A DNA stretch of 64,000 nucleotides, taken from assembly GCA_950097015.1 (NCBI GenBank), contig CATNEN010000038.1:33046001-33110000 (forward strand), given 5' to 3'. The translations under genes and the position numbers were made by a program. Below the pieces are notes generated by a model. That model made no database searches. It was given only the letters and a program-made list of their open reading frames with translations, and was not told the origin of the DNA. This document shows positions 12,933 through 27,519 of the stretch, piece after piece. How positions within the stretch are numbered: position 1 is the first letter of the stretch; each line of letters opens with the position of its first letter. Source of the stretch: Macrostomum hystrix. Its lineage: Eukaryota > Animalia > Platyhelminthes.

Positions 12933-13384
12933 ATAAACATTCAGGCACAAATTTTTCGCTAGACTTAAATACTAAAAGTACGAATACTTTCTATCATTAG
13001 TTGAATTCGCTAACAAGTTAACCTGGTGTATCCATGTCAGTCATGAATAAGAAATCAACGGTTTAAAAGAAATCTAAAAAAAACAATTCGTTCTAAACTG
13101 GCACGGCTATATTAAAGTGCAGATCAGCACACAGAAAAAGTTATCGCTTTGATAAAATAAATTACTTTCGTCAGGATTGGGGTTCATTAAGTCAAGTGTT
13201 TCCCCCCCTTAGCTGCTGATGGCACTAAATAAATTGCCATATATTAAGCTAATAAGCCGGATTACCTACAGCAGCTTTGACCTATCGACTTTGATGGTCG
13301 ATTAATCAAAAACTTCAATTAGTTTAACACACTTTGGCTACTAGACTGAAACCCTAATTTTGCTGAATAATTTAGCGACACTTA

Positions 13385-13908
13385 GACTCTGACACCCTGG
13401 CACGCTAAAACCCTGACACACTAGTTGACACACAGGCACTCTGAAATCCTGACACATCCTGACACCCTGAACACACCCTGACTATGACACCCTGAAATCT
13501 GACACCCTGACACTCTGACACTCTGACACCCTGACACTCTGACACCCTGACACTCTGACACCCTGACACTCTGACACCCTGACACTCTGACACCCTGACA
13601 CTCTGACACCCTGACACTCTGACACCCTGACACTCTGACACCCTGACACTCTGACACCCTGACACTCTGACACCCTGACACTCTGACACTCTGACACTCT
13701 GACACCCTGACACTTTGACACCCTGACACTCTGACACCCTGACACTCTGACACCCTGACACTCTGACACCCTGACACTCTGACACCCTTACGCTCTGACA
13801 CCCTGACACTCTGACACCCTGACACTCTGACACCCTGACACCTTGACATCCTGACACCCTGACACCTTGACATCCTGACACCCTGACAAACTTAGACTCT
13901 GACACTCT
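13385..13908. repeat. 8/16-bp minisatellite
   Basis: CTGACACCCTGACACT units. Confidence 0.95.
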
Positions 13909-14479
13909 GAGGCGCCTTTATCCTCACCCTGGCGTCCTCATGCTGGCGTTTGAAGTGCTTATAAATTTATGTTTTAGTTAGTCAAAGCTTTTAAATTTAA
14001 CTTTTCATGCATATCTTGAGGGACAGACATTTCAGCGTTCAGCTTTCAATCTGTTTATTATTGTTCAGAATTTTTGCCGCTTCCAGCCTTATCAGTCCTG
14101 TGGGCTTTAAGACTTTTCTTTGTTCAGAAAGTAGAAGAAAAAGGAACAATTTTCGGTCTTCTTCGGATAAGCCGTTTTTTTCCTCTCTCTCCCTGCTGTG
14201 CAAACAGCTAATCCAACAGCAGGCACACCAGCAATCTTTAAGCGGCCCCGGCCCCTTGAGAAGCTAATCCGCAAAACAGAAAGAAAAGTTGATTTCAAAG
14301 CAAAAAGTAGACAGACTCGACTCAATTCGTCTTCATAGAATAAGTGCAGCTCGTGAAAACTTCTCTACTTTTTGAGTCACAACCATCGAAAGTAGAAAAA
14401 TATATTCGATTGGCTCAATGGCATACCCACTGTGTGGTATAAGTTGACGATTGAAAACGGAAGGTGATAAGACACCGGG

Positions 14480-15775
14480 AGGCAGGGACAGAGGGAGAGA
14501 GGGAGGGAGAGAGGGAGGGAGGGAGAGAGGGAGGGAGGGAGAGAGGGAGGGAGTGAGGGAGGGAGAGAGGGAGGTAGAGAGGGAGGGAGGGAGAGAGGGA
14601 GGGAGTGAGGGAGGGAGAGAGGGAGGTAGAGAGGGAGGGAGGGAGAGAGGGAGGGAGGGAGAGAGGGAGGTAGAGAGGGAGGGAGGGAGAGAGGGAGGGA
14701 GAGAGGGAGGGAGGGAGAGAGGGAGGGAGAGAGGGAGGGAGGGAGAGAGGGAGGGAGGGAGAGAGGGAGGGAGTGAGGGAGGGAGAGAGGGAGGTAGAGA
14801 GGGAGGGAGGGAGAGAGGGAGGGAGTGAGGGAGGGAGAGAGGGAGGTAGAGAGGGAGGGAGGGAGAGAGGGAGGGAGGGAGAGAGGGAGGTAGAGAGGGA
14901 GGGAGGGAGAGAGGGAGGGAGAGAGGGAGGGAGGGAGAGAGGGAGGGAGAGAGGGAGGGAGGGAGGGAGAGACAGGGAGGGACAGGGAGACAGGGAGAGA
15001 CAGGGAGAGACTGGGAGAGACAGGGAGAGACAGGGAGAGAGGGAGAGAGGGAGAGACAGGGAGAGACAGGGAGAGAGGGAGAGAGGGAGAGACAGGGAGA
15101 GATGGAGCGACAGGGAGAGACGGGGAGAGAGGGAGAGACAGGGAGAGACAGGGAGAAATGGAGAGACAGGGAGAGACGGGGAGAAAGGGAGAGACAGGGA
15201 GAGAGGGAGAGACAGGGAGAGAGGGAGAGACAGGGAGAGAGGGAGAGACAGGGAGGGACAGGGAGACAGGGAGAGACAGGGAGAGAGGGAGAGAGGGAGA
15301 GACAGGGAGAGAGGGAGAGACAGGGAGAGACAGGGAGACAGGGAGAGAGGGAGAGAGGGAGAGAGGGAGAGTCAGGGAGAGACAGGGAGAGACAGGGAGA
15401 GAGGGAGAGAGGGAGAGACAGGGAGAGAGGGAGAGACAGGGAGAGAGGGAGAGACAGGGAGAGACAGGGAGACAGGGAGAGAGGGAGAGAGGGAGAGAGG
15501 GAGAGACAGGGAGAGAGGGAGAGACAGGGAGAGAGGGAGAGAGGGAGAGAGGGAGAGAGGGAGAGTCAGGGAGAGACAGGGAGAGACAGGGAGAGAGGGA
15601 GAGAGGGAGAGACAGGGAGAGAGGGAGAGACAGGGAGAGAGGGAGAGACAGGGAGAGACAGGGAGACAGGGAGAGAGGGAGAGAGGGAGAGAGGGAGAGT
15701 CAGGGAGAGACAGGGAGAGACAGGGAGAGAGGGAGAGAGGGAGACAGGGAGAGAGGGAGACACAGGGAGGGAGAG
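14480..15775. repeat. GA-rich low-complexity tandem repeat
   Basis: GGGAGAGA / GGGAGAGACA units. Confidence 0.95.
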
Positions 15776-16413
15776 AGCAAGAGAAGTAGGAGACATGAAG
15801 AATAGATAGGTATTTATAGTTTTTATTTATCAAGCAGGGTAAAGCAGCTCGAGTTGATAAAGAGCTAGGGTCTGCAATATCAAGGCAAGGTGAGTAGAAA
15901 TGGCTGATTAGATTACCCAGTCATAAAACTGTCTGCCTATAAATTGTTATTTAACCGGTATTTTGTCTAGTTCAGACTTAAAATCGAATAGAATCTCTCA
16001 AAAGCTGCAGTTGGGTCTGAGGCAGCCCCACAAAGCTGTTAAATAGGTTGTTTATGACACTGGACAACAGCCTAGATGACTAACTCAATTGCCAGCAAAC
16101 TAGAGCTAACCATGGCATCCATCATTGTCGAGAATTTTCTATCCAACTTGTTCAACTCTACATCTCGAAAATAGCAGCTGATGCCTGTTCAAAGCTTTGA
16201 GCAGTGCCAATTTATTAACCTGAGCAGCTTGTCACGATTTTTTTCTCCGAGTTGACAGGGACTAAAAGATTTTGAGCCCACGGGAAGCAGATAAAGCAAG
16301 ACTGTCACAGCGATAAATTCGTAGTTATGACGTCATGAGGAGTGCGCTTTTCATTTGGATGTCAGGCCTGTTTCAAGTAAATTATTGACCCGCATCTGAT
16401 GGAACCCTGAGAC

Positions 16414-18020
16414 CTGATATCCTACTCCTGACACCCTACTCCTGCTATCCTACTCCTGACACCCTACTCCTGATATCCTAGTCCTGACACCCTACTCCTG
16501 ATATCCTACTCCTGACACCCTACTCCTGATATCCTACTCCTGACACCCTACTCCTGATATCCTACTCCTGACACCCTACTCCTGATATCCTAATCCTGAC
16601 ACCCTACTCCTGATATCCTACTCCTGACACCCTACTCCTGATATCCTACTCCTGACACCCTACTCCTGATATCCTAATCCTGACACCCTACTCCTGACAC
16701 CCTACTCCTGCTATCCTACTCCTGACACCCTACTCCTGATATCCTACTCCTGACACCCTACTCCTGATATCCTAATCCTGACACCCTACTCCTGATATCC
16801 TAATCCTGACACCCTACTCCTGACACCCTACTCCTGACACCCTACTCCTGATACACAACTCCTGACACCCTACTCCTGACACCCTACTCCTGATATCCTA
16901 ATCCTGACACCCTACTCCTGACACCCTACTCCTGACACCCTACTCCTGAAACACAACTCCTGACACCCTACTCCTGACACCCTACTCCTGACACCCTACT
17001 CCTGACACCCTACTCCTGATACCCTACTCCTGACACCCTACTCCTGACACCCTACTCCTGATACACTACTCCTGACACCCTACTCCTGACACCCTACTCC
17101 TGAAACACAACTCCTGACACCCTACTCCTGACACCCTACTCCTGACACCCTACTCCTGATACCCTACTCCTGACACCCTACTCCTGACACCCTACTCCTG
17201 ATATCCTAATCCTGACACCCTACTCCTGATATCCTACTCCTGACACCCTACTCCTGATATCCTACTCCTGACACCCTACTCCTGATATCCTACTCCTGAC
17301 ACCCTACTCCTGATATCCTACTCCTGACACCCTACTCCTGATATCCTACTCCTGACACCCTACTCCTGATACACAACTCCTGAAACACAACTCCTGACAC
17401 CCTACTCCTGATACACTACTCCTGACACCCTACTCCTGACACCCTACTCCTGAAACACAACTCCTGACACCCTACTCCTGACACCCTACTCCTGACACCC
17501 TACTCCTGATACCCTACTCCTGACACCCTACTCCTGACACCCTACTCCTGATATCCTAATCCTGACACCCTACTCCTGATATCCTACTCCTGACACCCTA
17601 CTCCTGATATCCTACTCCTGACACCCTACTCCTGATATCCTACTCCTGACACCCTACTCCTGATATCCTAATCCTGACACCCTACTCCTGATATCCTAAT
17701 CCTGACACCCTACTCCTGATATCCTACTCCTGACACCCTACTCCTGACACCCTACTCCTGACACCCTACTCCTGACACCCTACTCCTGAAACACAACTCC
17801 TGACACCCTACTCCTGATACACAACTCCTGACACCCTACTCCTGATACCCTCGGTACTCCTGACACACAACTCCTGATACCCTCCCTACTCCTGACACCC
17901 TACTCCTGACACCCTACTCGTGACACCCTACTCGAGACACCCTACTCCTGACACCCTACTCCTGACACCCTACTCGAGACACCCTACTCCTGACACCCTA
18001 CTCCTGATACACAACTCCTG
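16414..18020. repeat. 14-bp minisatellite with alternating variants
   Basis: CCTACTCCTGACAC / CCTACTCCTGATAT. Confidence 0.95.
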
Positions 18021-18469
18021 AATCTATCAAGTTATCTATCTATCAAACTTAAGCACCAGTCCATGCAGTTTTGTTTTCGAAAGCGTGCTGTAGGCTTTTT
18101 GTTTTAATTTAGCGAATTTTTTGCCATTGAAATTTTACACAATGTGGCCTTTAAATTTGATGAAAAACATAAGACTTGGGCTACCTTCATTATTCTCACT
18201 TTTTTGTCGTTTCTCTTTATTGTTAATTTTAACGCATTTCCGTGAATAGGTGGGATTATGGGGGCACCACAATCTTTTCACATTTCGCTTGTCAACAGAA
18301 TATGGCGCCACAATGAAAACTTGCTATTGAAATTGAAATTCTTAGAATCACCTGAATTTTCCAAATAATAGCGTTGCATTGAAGAAAACAGTTAAAAACA
18401 GTTACAAAAACAATAACAGACTTTCTCAAAGTCAACAGATGCCTGAAAATAAGATAAATGAAAATATTT

Positions 18470-20450
18470 ATAGGGGAGTAGAGTGACAGGGGAGTAGGGT
18501 GACAGGGGAGTAGAGTGATAGGGGAGTAGGGTGACAGGGGAGTAGTGTGATAGGGGAGTAGGGTGACAGGGGAGTAGGGTGACAGGGGAGTAAAGTGACA
18601 GAGGAGTAGGGTGATAGGGGAGTAGGGTGACAGGGGAGTAGAGTGATAGGGGAGTAGGGTGACAGGGGAGTAGGGTGACAGGGGAGTAGGGTGACAGAGG
18701 AGTAGGGTGATAGGGGAGTAGGGTGGCTGAGGATTTAAAGTGGCAGGGGATTACAGCGGCTGAGGATTTAAAGTGGCAGGGGAGTAGGGTGGCTGAGGAT
18801 TTAGAGTGGCAGGGGATTACAGTGGCTGAGGATTTAGAGTGGCAGGGGATTACAGTGGCTGAGGATTTAAAGTGGCAGGGGATTACAGTGGCTGAGGATT
18901 TAAAGTGGCAGGGGATTACAGTGGCTGAGGATTTAAAGTGGCAGGGGATTACAGTGGCTGAGGATTTAAAGTAGCAGGGGATTACAGTGGCTGAGGATTT
19001 AGAGTGGCAGGGGATTACAGTGGCTGAGGATTTAAAGTGGCAGGGGATTACAGTGGCTGAGGATTTAAAGTAGCAGGGGATTACAGTGGCTGAGGATTTA
19101 GAGTGGCAGGGGATTACAGTGGCTGAGGATTTTAAGTGGCAGGGGATTACAGTGGCTGAGGATTTAAAGTGGCAGGGGATTACAGTGGCTGAGGATTTAA
19201 AGTAGCAGGGGATTACAGTGGCTGAGGATTTAGAGTGGCAGGGGATTACAGTGGCTGAGGATTTTAAGTGGCAGGGGATTACAGTGGCTGAGGATTTAAA
19301 GGCAGGGGATTACAGTGGCTGAGGATTTAAAGTGGCAGGGGATTACAGTGGCTGAGGATTTAAAGTAGCAGGGGATTACAGTGGCTGAGGATTTAGAGTG
19401 GCAGGGGATTACAGTGGCTGAGGATTTAAAGTGGCAGGGGATTACAGTGGCTGAGGATTTAAAGTGGCAGGGGATTACAGTGGCTGAGGATTTAGAGTGG
19501 CAGGGGATTACAGTGGCTGAGGATTTAAAGTGGCAGGGGATTACAGTGGCTGAGGATTTAAAGTAGCAGGGGATTACAGTGGCTGAGGATTTAGAGTGGC
19601 AGGGGATTACAGTGGCTGAGGATTTTAAGTGGCAGGGGATTACAGTGGCTGAGGATTTAAAGGCAGGGGATTACAGTGGCTGAGGATTTAAAGTGGCAGG
19701 GGATTACAGTGGCTGAGGATTTAAAGTAGCAGGGGATTACAGTGGCTGAGGATTTAGAGTGGCAGGGGATTACAGTGGCTGAGGATTTAAAGTGGCAGGG
19801 GATTACAGTGGCTGAGGATTTAAAGTGGCAGGGGATTACAGTGGCTGAGGATTTAAAGTAGCAGGGGATTACAGTGGCTGAGGATTTAGAGTGGCAGGGG
19901 ATTACAGTGGCTGAGGATTTTAAGTGGCAGGGGATTACAGTGGCTGAGGATTTAGAGTGGCAGGGGATTACAGTGGCTGAGGATTTAGAGTGGCAGGGGA
20001 TTACAGTGGCTGAGGATTTAGAGTGGCAGGGGATTACAGTGGCTGAGGATTTAAAGTGGCAGGGGATTACAGTGGCTGAGGATTTAAAGTAGCAGGGGAT
20101 TACAGTGGCTGAGGATTTAGAGTGGCAGGGGATTACAGTGGCTGAGGATTTTAAGTGGCAGGGGATTACAGTGGCTGAGGATTTAAAGGCAGGGGATTAC
20201 AGTGGCTGAGGATTTAAAGTGGCAGGGGATTACAGTGGCTGAGGATTTAAAGTGGCAGGGGATTACAGTGGCTGAGGATTTAGAGTGGCAGGGGATTACA
20301 GTGGCTGAGGATTTAGAGTGGCAGGGGATTACAGTGGCTGAGGATTTAAAGTAGCAGGGGATTACAGTGGCTGAGGATTTAGAGTGGCAGGGGATTACAG
20401 TGGCTGAGGATTTAGAGTGGCAGGGGATTACAGTGGCTGAGGATTTAGGG
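18470..20450. repeat. 16-bp unit (18470-18722) evolving into a 33-bp unit (18723-20450)
   Basis: AGGGTGACAGGGGAGT then GTGGCTGAGGATTTAAAGTGGCAGGGGATTACA. Confidence 0.95.
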
Positions 20451-21139
20451 TGACAAACAGAAATTGATCGCAGCCTAGTGATAGAGCCGGCTGTTGTGGA
20501 TGCGACCAGTTGCCAAGGAGTATAAAAAGTGAAAAAGTACAGATGGATTCAGATCAGTTTGCTGTACTGCAAGCACAGGGGGGGTAACAAGAGGGCACTC
20601 TGCAAGTCTAGTTTGAATTGATGGGCTAACAATAGAAATCAATAATAAGCATCTGCACGCATATCTGCTCAGCTCCAATCTGAATAGGTTAGCTGTTTTG
20701 CAGCCTGTGCCAGATACGGATTAAATAGAGCAGTTGTAGCGAGACTGAATGGATGAGTTGGGCAGCCATTGCTAGCTATAGCTGAGCGATACGACACTAG
20801 AAAGCAAGCATTGTCTTACAGCTGGGTCTAGAACTACGGGTAAAACAAGTCGCAACAGTTGCTAGCTAGGTTATGTACGCACGTGTGTGTTTGTGTGTGT
20901 GTGTGCTGAAGATTGCATATAAATTCAATAGCAGGAAATTTGCCATGCCTCAGTGTTGTCATTGCCCCCATGTTTTTTATGTTTATAGGGCTTTGGCAGT
21001 GCGCGGGCCGAGTCATGTTTGCTTTCTAAACACAACATTGGCAATTCGACTCTAGATAGACTGTGACCGGAGGGAAGGAAGCGACTGATAGATTGGATTA
21101 AAGGAGGAGATTCGATTCCTGTAAGAGAAGGCCTAAGAG

Positions 21140-22165
21140 ATGAGAGATTAGAGACTTGAGATGGGAGAGATTAGAGACTTTAAGAGGGGAGAGATAAGAG
21201 ACTTTGAGAGGGAAGAGATTAGAGATTTGAGATGGGAGAGATTAGAGACTTGAGATGGGAGAGATTAGACACTTTGAGAGGGGAGAGATTAGAGACTTGA
21301 GATGGGAGAGATTAGAGACTTTAAGAGGGGAGAGATAAGAGACTTTGAGAGGGGAGAGATTAGAGATTTGAGATGGGAGAGATTAGAGACTTGAGATGGG
21401 AGAGATTAGACACTTTGAGAGGGGAGAGATTAGAGACTTGAGATGGGAGAGATTAGACACATTAAGAGGGGAGAGATTAGAGACTTTGAGTTGGGAGAGA
21501 TTAGAGACTTGAGAGGGGGGAGATTAGAGACTTTGAGTGGGGAGAGATTAGAGACTTGAGAGGGGGAGATTAGAGACTTTGAGTGGGGAGAGATTAGAGA
21601 CTTGAGAGGGGGGAGATTAGAGACTTGAGAGGGGAGAGATTAGACACTTTGAAAGGGGAGAGATTAGACACTTTGAGAGGGGAGAGATTAGAAGCTTTGA
21701 GTGGGGGGAGATTAGACACATTGAGAGGGGAGAGATTAGAGACTTTGAGTGGGGAGAGATTAGAGACTTGAGAGGGGGGAGATTAGAGACTTGAGAGGGG
21801 AGAGATTAGAGACTTGAGAGGGGAGAGATTAGAGACTTGAGAGGGGAGAGATTAGAGACTTTGAGAGGGGAGAGATTAGAGACTGGAGAGGGGAGAGATT
21901 AGAGACTGGAGAGGGGAGAGATTAGAGACTTGAGGGGGGAGATTAGACACATTGAGAGGGGAGAGATTAGAGACTTGAGAGGGGAGAGATTAGACACTTT
22001 GAGAGGGAGAGATTAGAGACTTGAGAGGGGAGAGATTAGACACTTTGAGAGGGGAGAGATTAGAGACTTTGAGAGGGGAGAGATTAGACACTTTGAGAGG
22101 GGAGAGATTAGAGACTTTGAGTGGGGAGAGATTAGAAACTTTGAGAGGGGAGAGATTAGAGACTT
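21140..22165. repeat. ~23-24-bp purine-rich minisatellite
   Basis: GAGAGGGGAGAGATTAGAGACTT(T) units. Confidence 0.95.
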
Positions 22166-22579
22166 ACGAGTCTTTCTCTCTTTCTCCTAAAATGGCATAG
22201 ATTGGAGATAGATAGTAAGCGGAAAACATTAATTGTATAAGTTGATATAATAATCGGTCAAACGTCAATAAAATGTGATATAATACAATATAAAAATAGA
22301 GTTAAAATGTCCGATAACAATAGGCTTGACATAGACATTTGAAAGGTAAAGAATTCAATGTTCAGTATTTGACGGGGTGAATAATACAATTCAGAATTAA
22401 AATTAACGAGCAGAATTAGCGGGGTTAATAATACGACGTTAATTAGAATACTAAAAGCAGCAAAGCTGAGTGAGGAAAAATATCAATACATCGTATTTTA
22501 GCCAGCGCTATGCTTATAAAGCTAGAAGCACTGAATATATATTTTAGTAAACAATGTCCCCAAGCTTTCAATGTGAAAG

Positions 22580-22736
22580 ATAGAATCGAAGCTGCAATAG
22601 AAGCTAGAATTAAAGCTAGAATCGAGGCTAGAATCGTAGCTGGAATCGAAGCTGGAATCGAAGCTGGAATCGAAGCTGGAATCGAAGCTGGAATCGAAGC
22701 AAGAATCGAAGCAAGAATCGAAGAAGGAATCGAGGC
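22580..22736. repeat. 12-bp tandem repeat just downstream of the GPCR stop codon
   Basis: GAAGCTGGAATC units. Confidence 0.85.
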
Positions 22737-22832
22737 TACGAGCGTAGAATCACTGCTGGCTAGGCTATACCTCCTGACCTAGACGGGAACCAGTCAATAT
22801 GCTTGCAAAGCTGGTGCGCAGAGGCGGGACAG

Positions 22833-25660
22833 TCAGCTGATGTCTGGCTCCGGGTCCTTGCTAGGAGTTTCGTGGAGCATTGCGGCAATTTCAAGGCCAT
22901 CCGCTTCCAGATCGTCGTCCATATCGGTCGGCCGCGCTGCTCTGGAAGTGATCATCGGCTCCTGCTGGTTCCGCGGCGCGGTGGTTTCAGCGGCAGCAGC
23001 TGCGTCAGGAGCTCCAGCAGTTTCAGTCCTTGGCAGCCAGGTGAGAAAGATGGCTGAGAAGGTGTCGCGAAACTGCTTCGACATTGAAGTGTAAAGTACA
23101 AAGTTGACGCTGTTATTAATCAGAGACAGCAAATCCAAAAGATCGCCCAGAGGTGTGTAAACATTGTCCTCAAAGGATTCAGCGACGAAGCATAGCAGCG
23201 ACATGACACCCTGCGGCAGTTCGGTAATAAGAAACAGCAGGACAATGGCCAGCAGCATCCGGGTCGTCCGCTGCTCTCTCTGATCGGCTCGCTGCTCTCG
23301 CCGCCTCGACGTAACGCCATTGTTGTTAGCCGGCGATGCTGCAGCAGCCGCCGCCGAGTTTCTGTTCAACAATTTGCGTCTACGATTGGCCGACTTCGAC
23401 AACTGGTCGATGAGTAGCACGGTCATTGCGCTGAGCAGCAGGCAGGGCAGGATCTTGTAGAAGATGGCGATGGTCCAGTAATTGCTAAGCAGTAGGCTCT
23501 CGCTGACTGATTGGCCAGCGTCGATGAAGTAGAGCGTCGCGTTGGTGCGCGAAGAGCGGCAGGCCCGTGGCGCATTCACCAGGTAGTTGGGAATGCTGGC
23601 TAGGCAGCACACGGCGCAGATGGCCGCGATGCACACCGTCACATTTCTGTGGCTGGCCAGGCGAGCTCCCGCCGTCGGCAGGGCGATGTACAAGTAGCGG
23701 AACACGGCCAGGGACACCGTCATCCAGCAGGCGGCTGTGTGGAGCACCAGCACCAGACTGATGGTGAACAGGGAGTACAGGATCCACGGGTAATCCTTCG
23801 TGTGCGGCTCGGCTAATTCGGCCGGGACGCCGCGTCGATTTCTCGGATTCATCAAGGTGAAATGGATCACCTGGGCGGGTGGCGAGTGTTGAATATAATT
23901 TGGCCATTAACAGTAGAAGTAGAACTACCAATGGGGTGAATTCCCCGCCTGATAATTTTTGTGCTGCACCCGAACGGAGCAACGGGCCCACATTTTGCTG
24001 CGCATCTTCTGAAACAAGAATCAAGTCGCCAGCAATTCAGACTGTCGAGATATTCAATGTTTCTTGCCGAAGGTCAGATTTTTCCCATAAGAGCTAGTGT
24101 ATTTCATACACCCTGTACACGAATTAGCACTGCGCCTCAGTGCGGCCTTGCCAGGCCTTCAAAATTTATCAGCATGTCCACCCGAATGTGCCTGCATCAT
24201 CTCTGTCTTCGGTGGTCACCTACCTTTATCTAGACGAACTGCTGGACCTTCAACGGCTGCAATAGGTTGAACTATTCTACTATGGACACCCTGACGCGAT
24301 TTTCTCCAGTTTCACAGATCAACCGCAGGACACCATCGCCTAGTCTGTCAACCAATCAGTCACCACCCAACGCTGTTAACATTCAGGCGCTGCCAAAAAA
24401 ATTTCTGGGGATAATTTCCTCTAGGTATATATATGGGCGGCAAAATGGCTTGGCAGTCCCACTGTTAATATGGAATTTATTACCTATAACCTATATCGCT
24501 GAATATCTGGACGATGTTGACGTCTGACGGCTTTGAAAGTTCATCGTAAGGGGCGAAAAGATTTGATCTATATGGTAGACTTTCACACTCCTGACTCCTG
24601 ACTCCTGAGCACACACGCACACAGATACTGTACGCAGACGCACGCTCACACAGGTGTGCAACATCTGCCCTGACTTTCTCATCGTCCCTGAGCTCTATTC
24701 CGCGGCGAGGTCACAATGATTTAGTGGCTTATTGGGCAATTTTCGTCATTAGGGTGGGGGCGAACCACCCAAGGCACAGTGAGAGTGTACACTGCCTGAC
24801 GATGAGAAAGTCAGGGCAGATGTACACACCTGTGTGAGCGTGTGCTCATACTTTGCAGTGCTATAATACTCGTACTACTGCATGCATCTGTTGCCAGGTT
24901 ATGCACGCCAGCTTCTTCAGTTGCTCTAATCTGTCATCGTCCGTCAGCCAATGGAGTCCTTACATAACGCTGAAAATAATTAGAAGCGTTAATCCTTCGC
25001 ATTTCATTTCTGTCAGCTAGTTTAGTTTGTTTGGGAAACACAAGCAGGTGCTCTGCTTTCTCAACTCTCCGAGAGATCTTGTTTTTCTCTCTCGCTTTTT
25101 TCCGTTCATGTTTACTGAATTTCCTGTCCCCACGGTCGAGAATTATTTCTTGGGGAAGAACTCAATCCCAAAGGATTTGGGAGATGTGCATTTCGCCCAA
25201 CAGGGAAATCCGTCTTGTTGGCCTGTCACCTACTAATTATGATATCTCGCACTAGCAGATGGGCTACAATATGTAATACTGGAGGAATATGTTGAGTAGG
25301 TTCTGTTTTTTGTAGCTGTCAACTGTCAACTTGTGCAAACTTGTCCATGGGACAGAAGAAAGATATCTCTATGCGCCTATTTACCTGAAAGAAGTAGGTG
25401 AGCATCGTCATCAAATCGGCGGCAGCCACAGCGATGAGAATCCTGTTGACGGAGCTGGCCACCATAGACTTTCGCGTGAGCACAGCGATGTTAGCCACAT
25501 TGGCCACCACACCGAGCAGGCACAATATTGCACTCACGTAGCCATGGATTGGGCCATAGAATTCTTGGAAACGGACCAGAGCCAGGTGCACGGAGGGCAC
25601 AGCGACGGACAGATTGCTGCAACTCCTGGCCAAATCCTCGCTGCTAACGGTAGCTCCCAT
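22833..25660 (-). CDS. Rhodopsin-class peptide GPCR, myosuppressin/dmsr-1/FMRFamide-receptor-like; exons 25660-25385 and 23870-22833 (~437 aa; upstream exons possible)
   Basis: TM1 HGYVSAILCLLGVVANVANIAVLTRKSM, TM2 NRILIAVAAADL, phase-0 GT..AG intron 25384-23871, LHT..W.TVSLAVFRY, RTTRMLLAIVLLFLITELPQG, DLLSLINNSVNFVLYTSMSKQFR. A splice acceptor at 25673-25672 lies just upstream of ATG 25660. Confidence 0.92.
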
Positions 25661-25765
25661 TTCTGGCAAGTCTGAAATGAAAATTAATTGTTGGAAACTG
25701 ATTACCGAGCAGTCTACTGATTTTCTTCAATAAAAGTTGCCTGCTGCTCCAGCCATACTCACCCG

Positions 25766-27015
25766 CAATGTGACTCACCATACTACACACTCTCACAATG
25801 TGACCCACAATTCCACACACTCTCACAATGTGACCCACAATTCTACACACACTAACAATGTGACCCACCATTCCACACACTCTCACAATGTGACCCACCA
25901 TTCCACACACTCTCACAATGTGACCCACCATTCCACACACTCTCACAATGTGACCCACCATTTCACACACTCTCACAATGTGACCCACCATTCTACACAC
26001 TCTCACAATGTGACCCACCATTCCACACACTCTCACAATGTGACCCACCATTCCACACACTCTCACAATGTGACCCACCATTCCACACACTCTCACAATG
26101 TGACCCACCATTCTACACACTCTCACAATGTGACCCACCATTTCACACACTCTCACAATGTGACCCACAATTCTACACACTCTCACAATGTGACCCACCA
26201 TTTCACACACTCTCACAATGTGACCCACCATTTCACACACTCTCACAATGTGACCCACCATTTCACACACTCTCACAATGTGACCCACCATTCTACACAC
26301 TCTCACAATGTGACCCACCATTCTACACACTCTCACAATGTGACCCACCATTCTACACACTCTCACAATGTGACCCACCATTCCACACACTCTCACAATG
26401 TGACCCACCATTTCACACACTCTCACAATGTGACCCACCATTCTACACACTCTCACAATGTGACCCACCATTCCACACACTCTCACAATGTGACCCACCA
26501 TTTCACACACTCTCACAATGTGACCCACCATTCCACACACTCTCACAATGTGACCCACCATTTCACACACTCTCACAATGTGACCCACCATTTCACACAC
26601 TCTCACAATGTGACCCACCATTTCACACACTCTCACAATGTGACCCACCATTTCACACACTCTCACAATGTGACCCACCATTCCACACACTCTCACAATG
26701 TGACCCACCATTTCACACACTCTCACAATGTGATCCACCATTCCACGCACTCTCACAATGTGATCCACCATTCCACGCACTCTCACAATGTGACCCACAA
26801 TTCTACACACTCTCACAGTGTGACCCACCATTCCACACAATGTGACCCACCATTCCACACAATGTGACGCACCATTCCACACAATGTGACGCACCATTCC
26901 ACACAATGTGACGCACCATTCCACACAATGTGACCCACCATTCCACACAATGTGACGCACCATTCCACACACCACACTCACTGACAATGTGACGAGCCAT
27001 TCCACACAATGTGAC
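25766..27015. repeat. 30-bp minisatellite (22-bp units distally)
   Basis: AATGTGACCCACCATTCCACACACTCTCAC. Confidence 0.95.
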
Positions 27016-27519
27016 ATACTTCACTTTTTCCCCATTGCTTGTAAAAAAGAAGCAAATATTGTAACGAAAGCGTTCGCCTTGAATAATTATAGGACTCTAA
27101 AAAGCGGAAGCTTGATCCGATCTCACTACAGGAAGTCCAGCGGACGTAGGCATATTGTTTACCTTCAAATCTGATAAGTTAGGGGCGAATGCAGTATTAG
27201 CTGCTCGCAACATGCAGTAAGGAAGCTAGCGAGTTGAGCCGACATAAATAACAGGTTATGGGTAGCTAGTTAGAAACCGGATCATCACACAGATGAAATA
27301 TTGCTTTTTAGCTGCTCAAAATTTGAAGAAAGAAATAGAAAAACTGACGACAGTGGGACAGAGACAAAAAAGGAAGGTTGCCGAAAGTTCGGGCCCTTGT
27401 TAACGAGTTTTGAAGTGTCATTGACAAAGCTGCAGATCCCCGCTAAAATGAGTACTTGAATTAACATTTGGGTCACAATTTATTTACACTAGACATAGAA
27501 TCTCAGAAAAAAATTCAAC

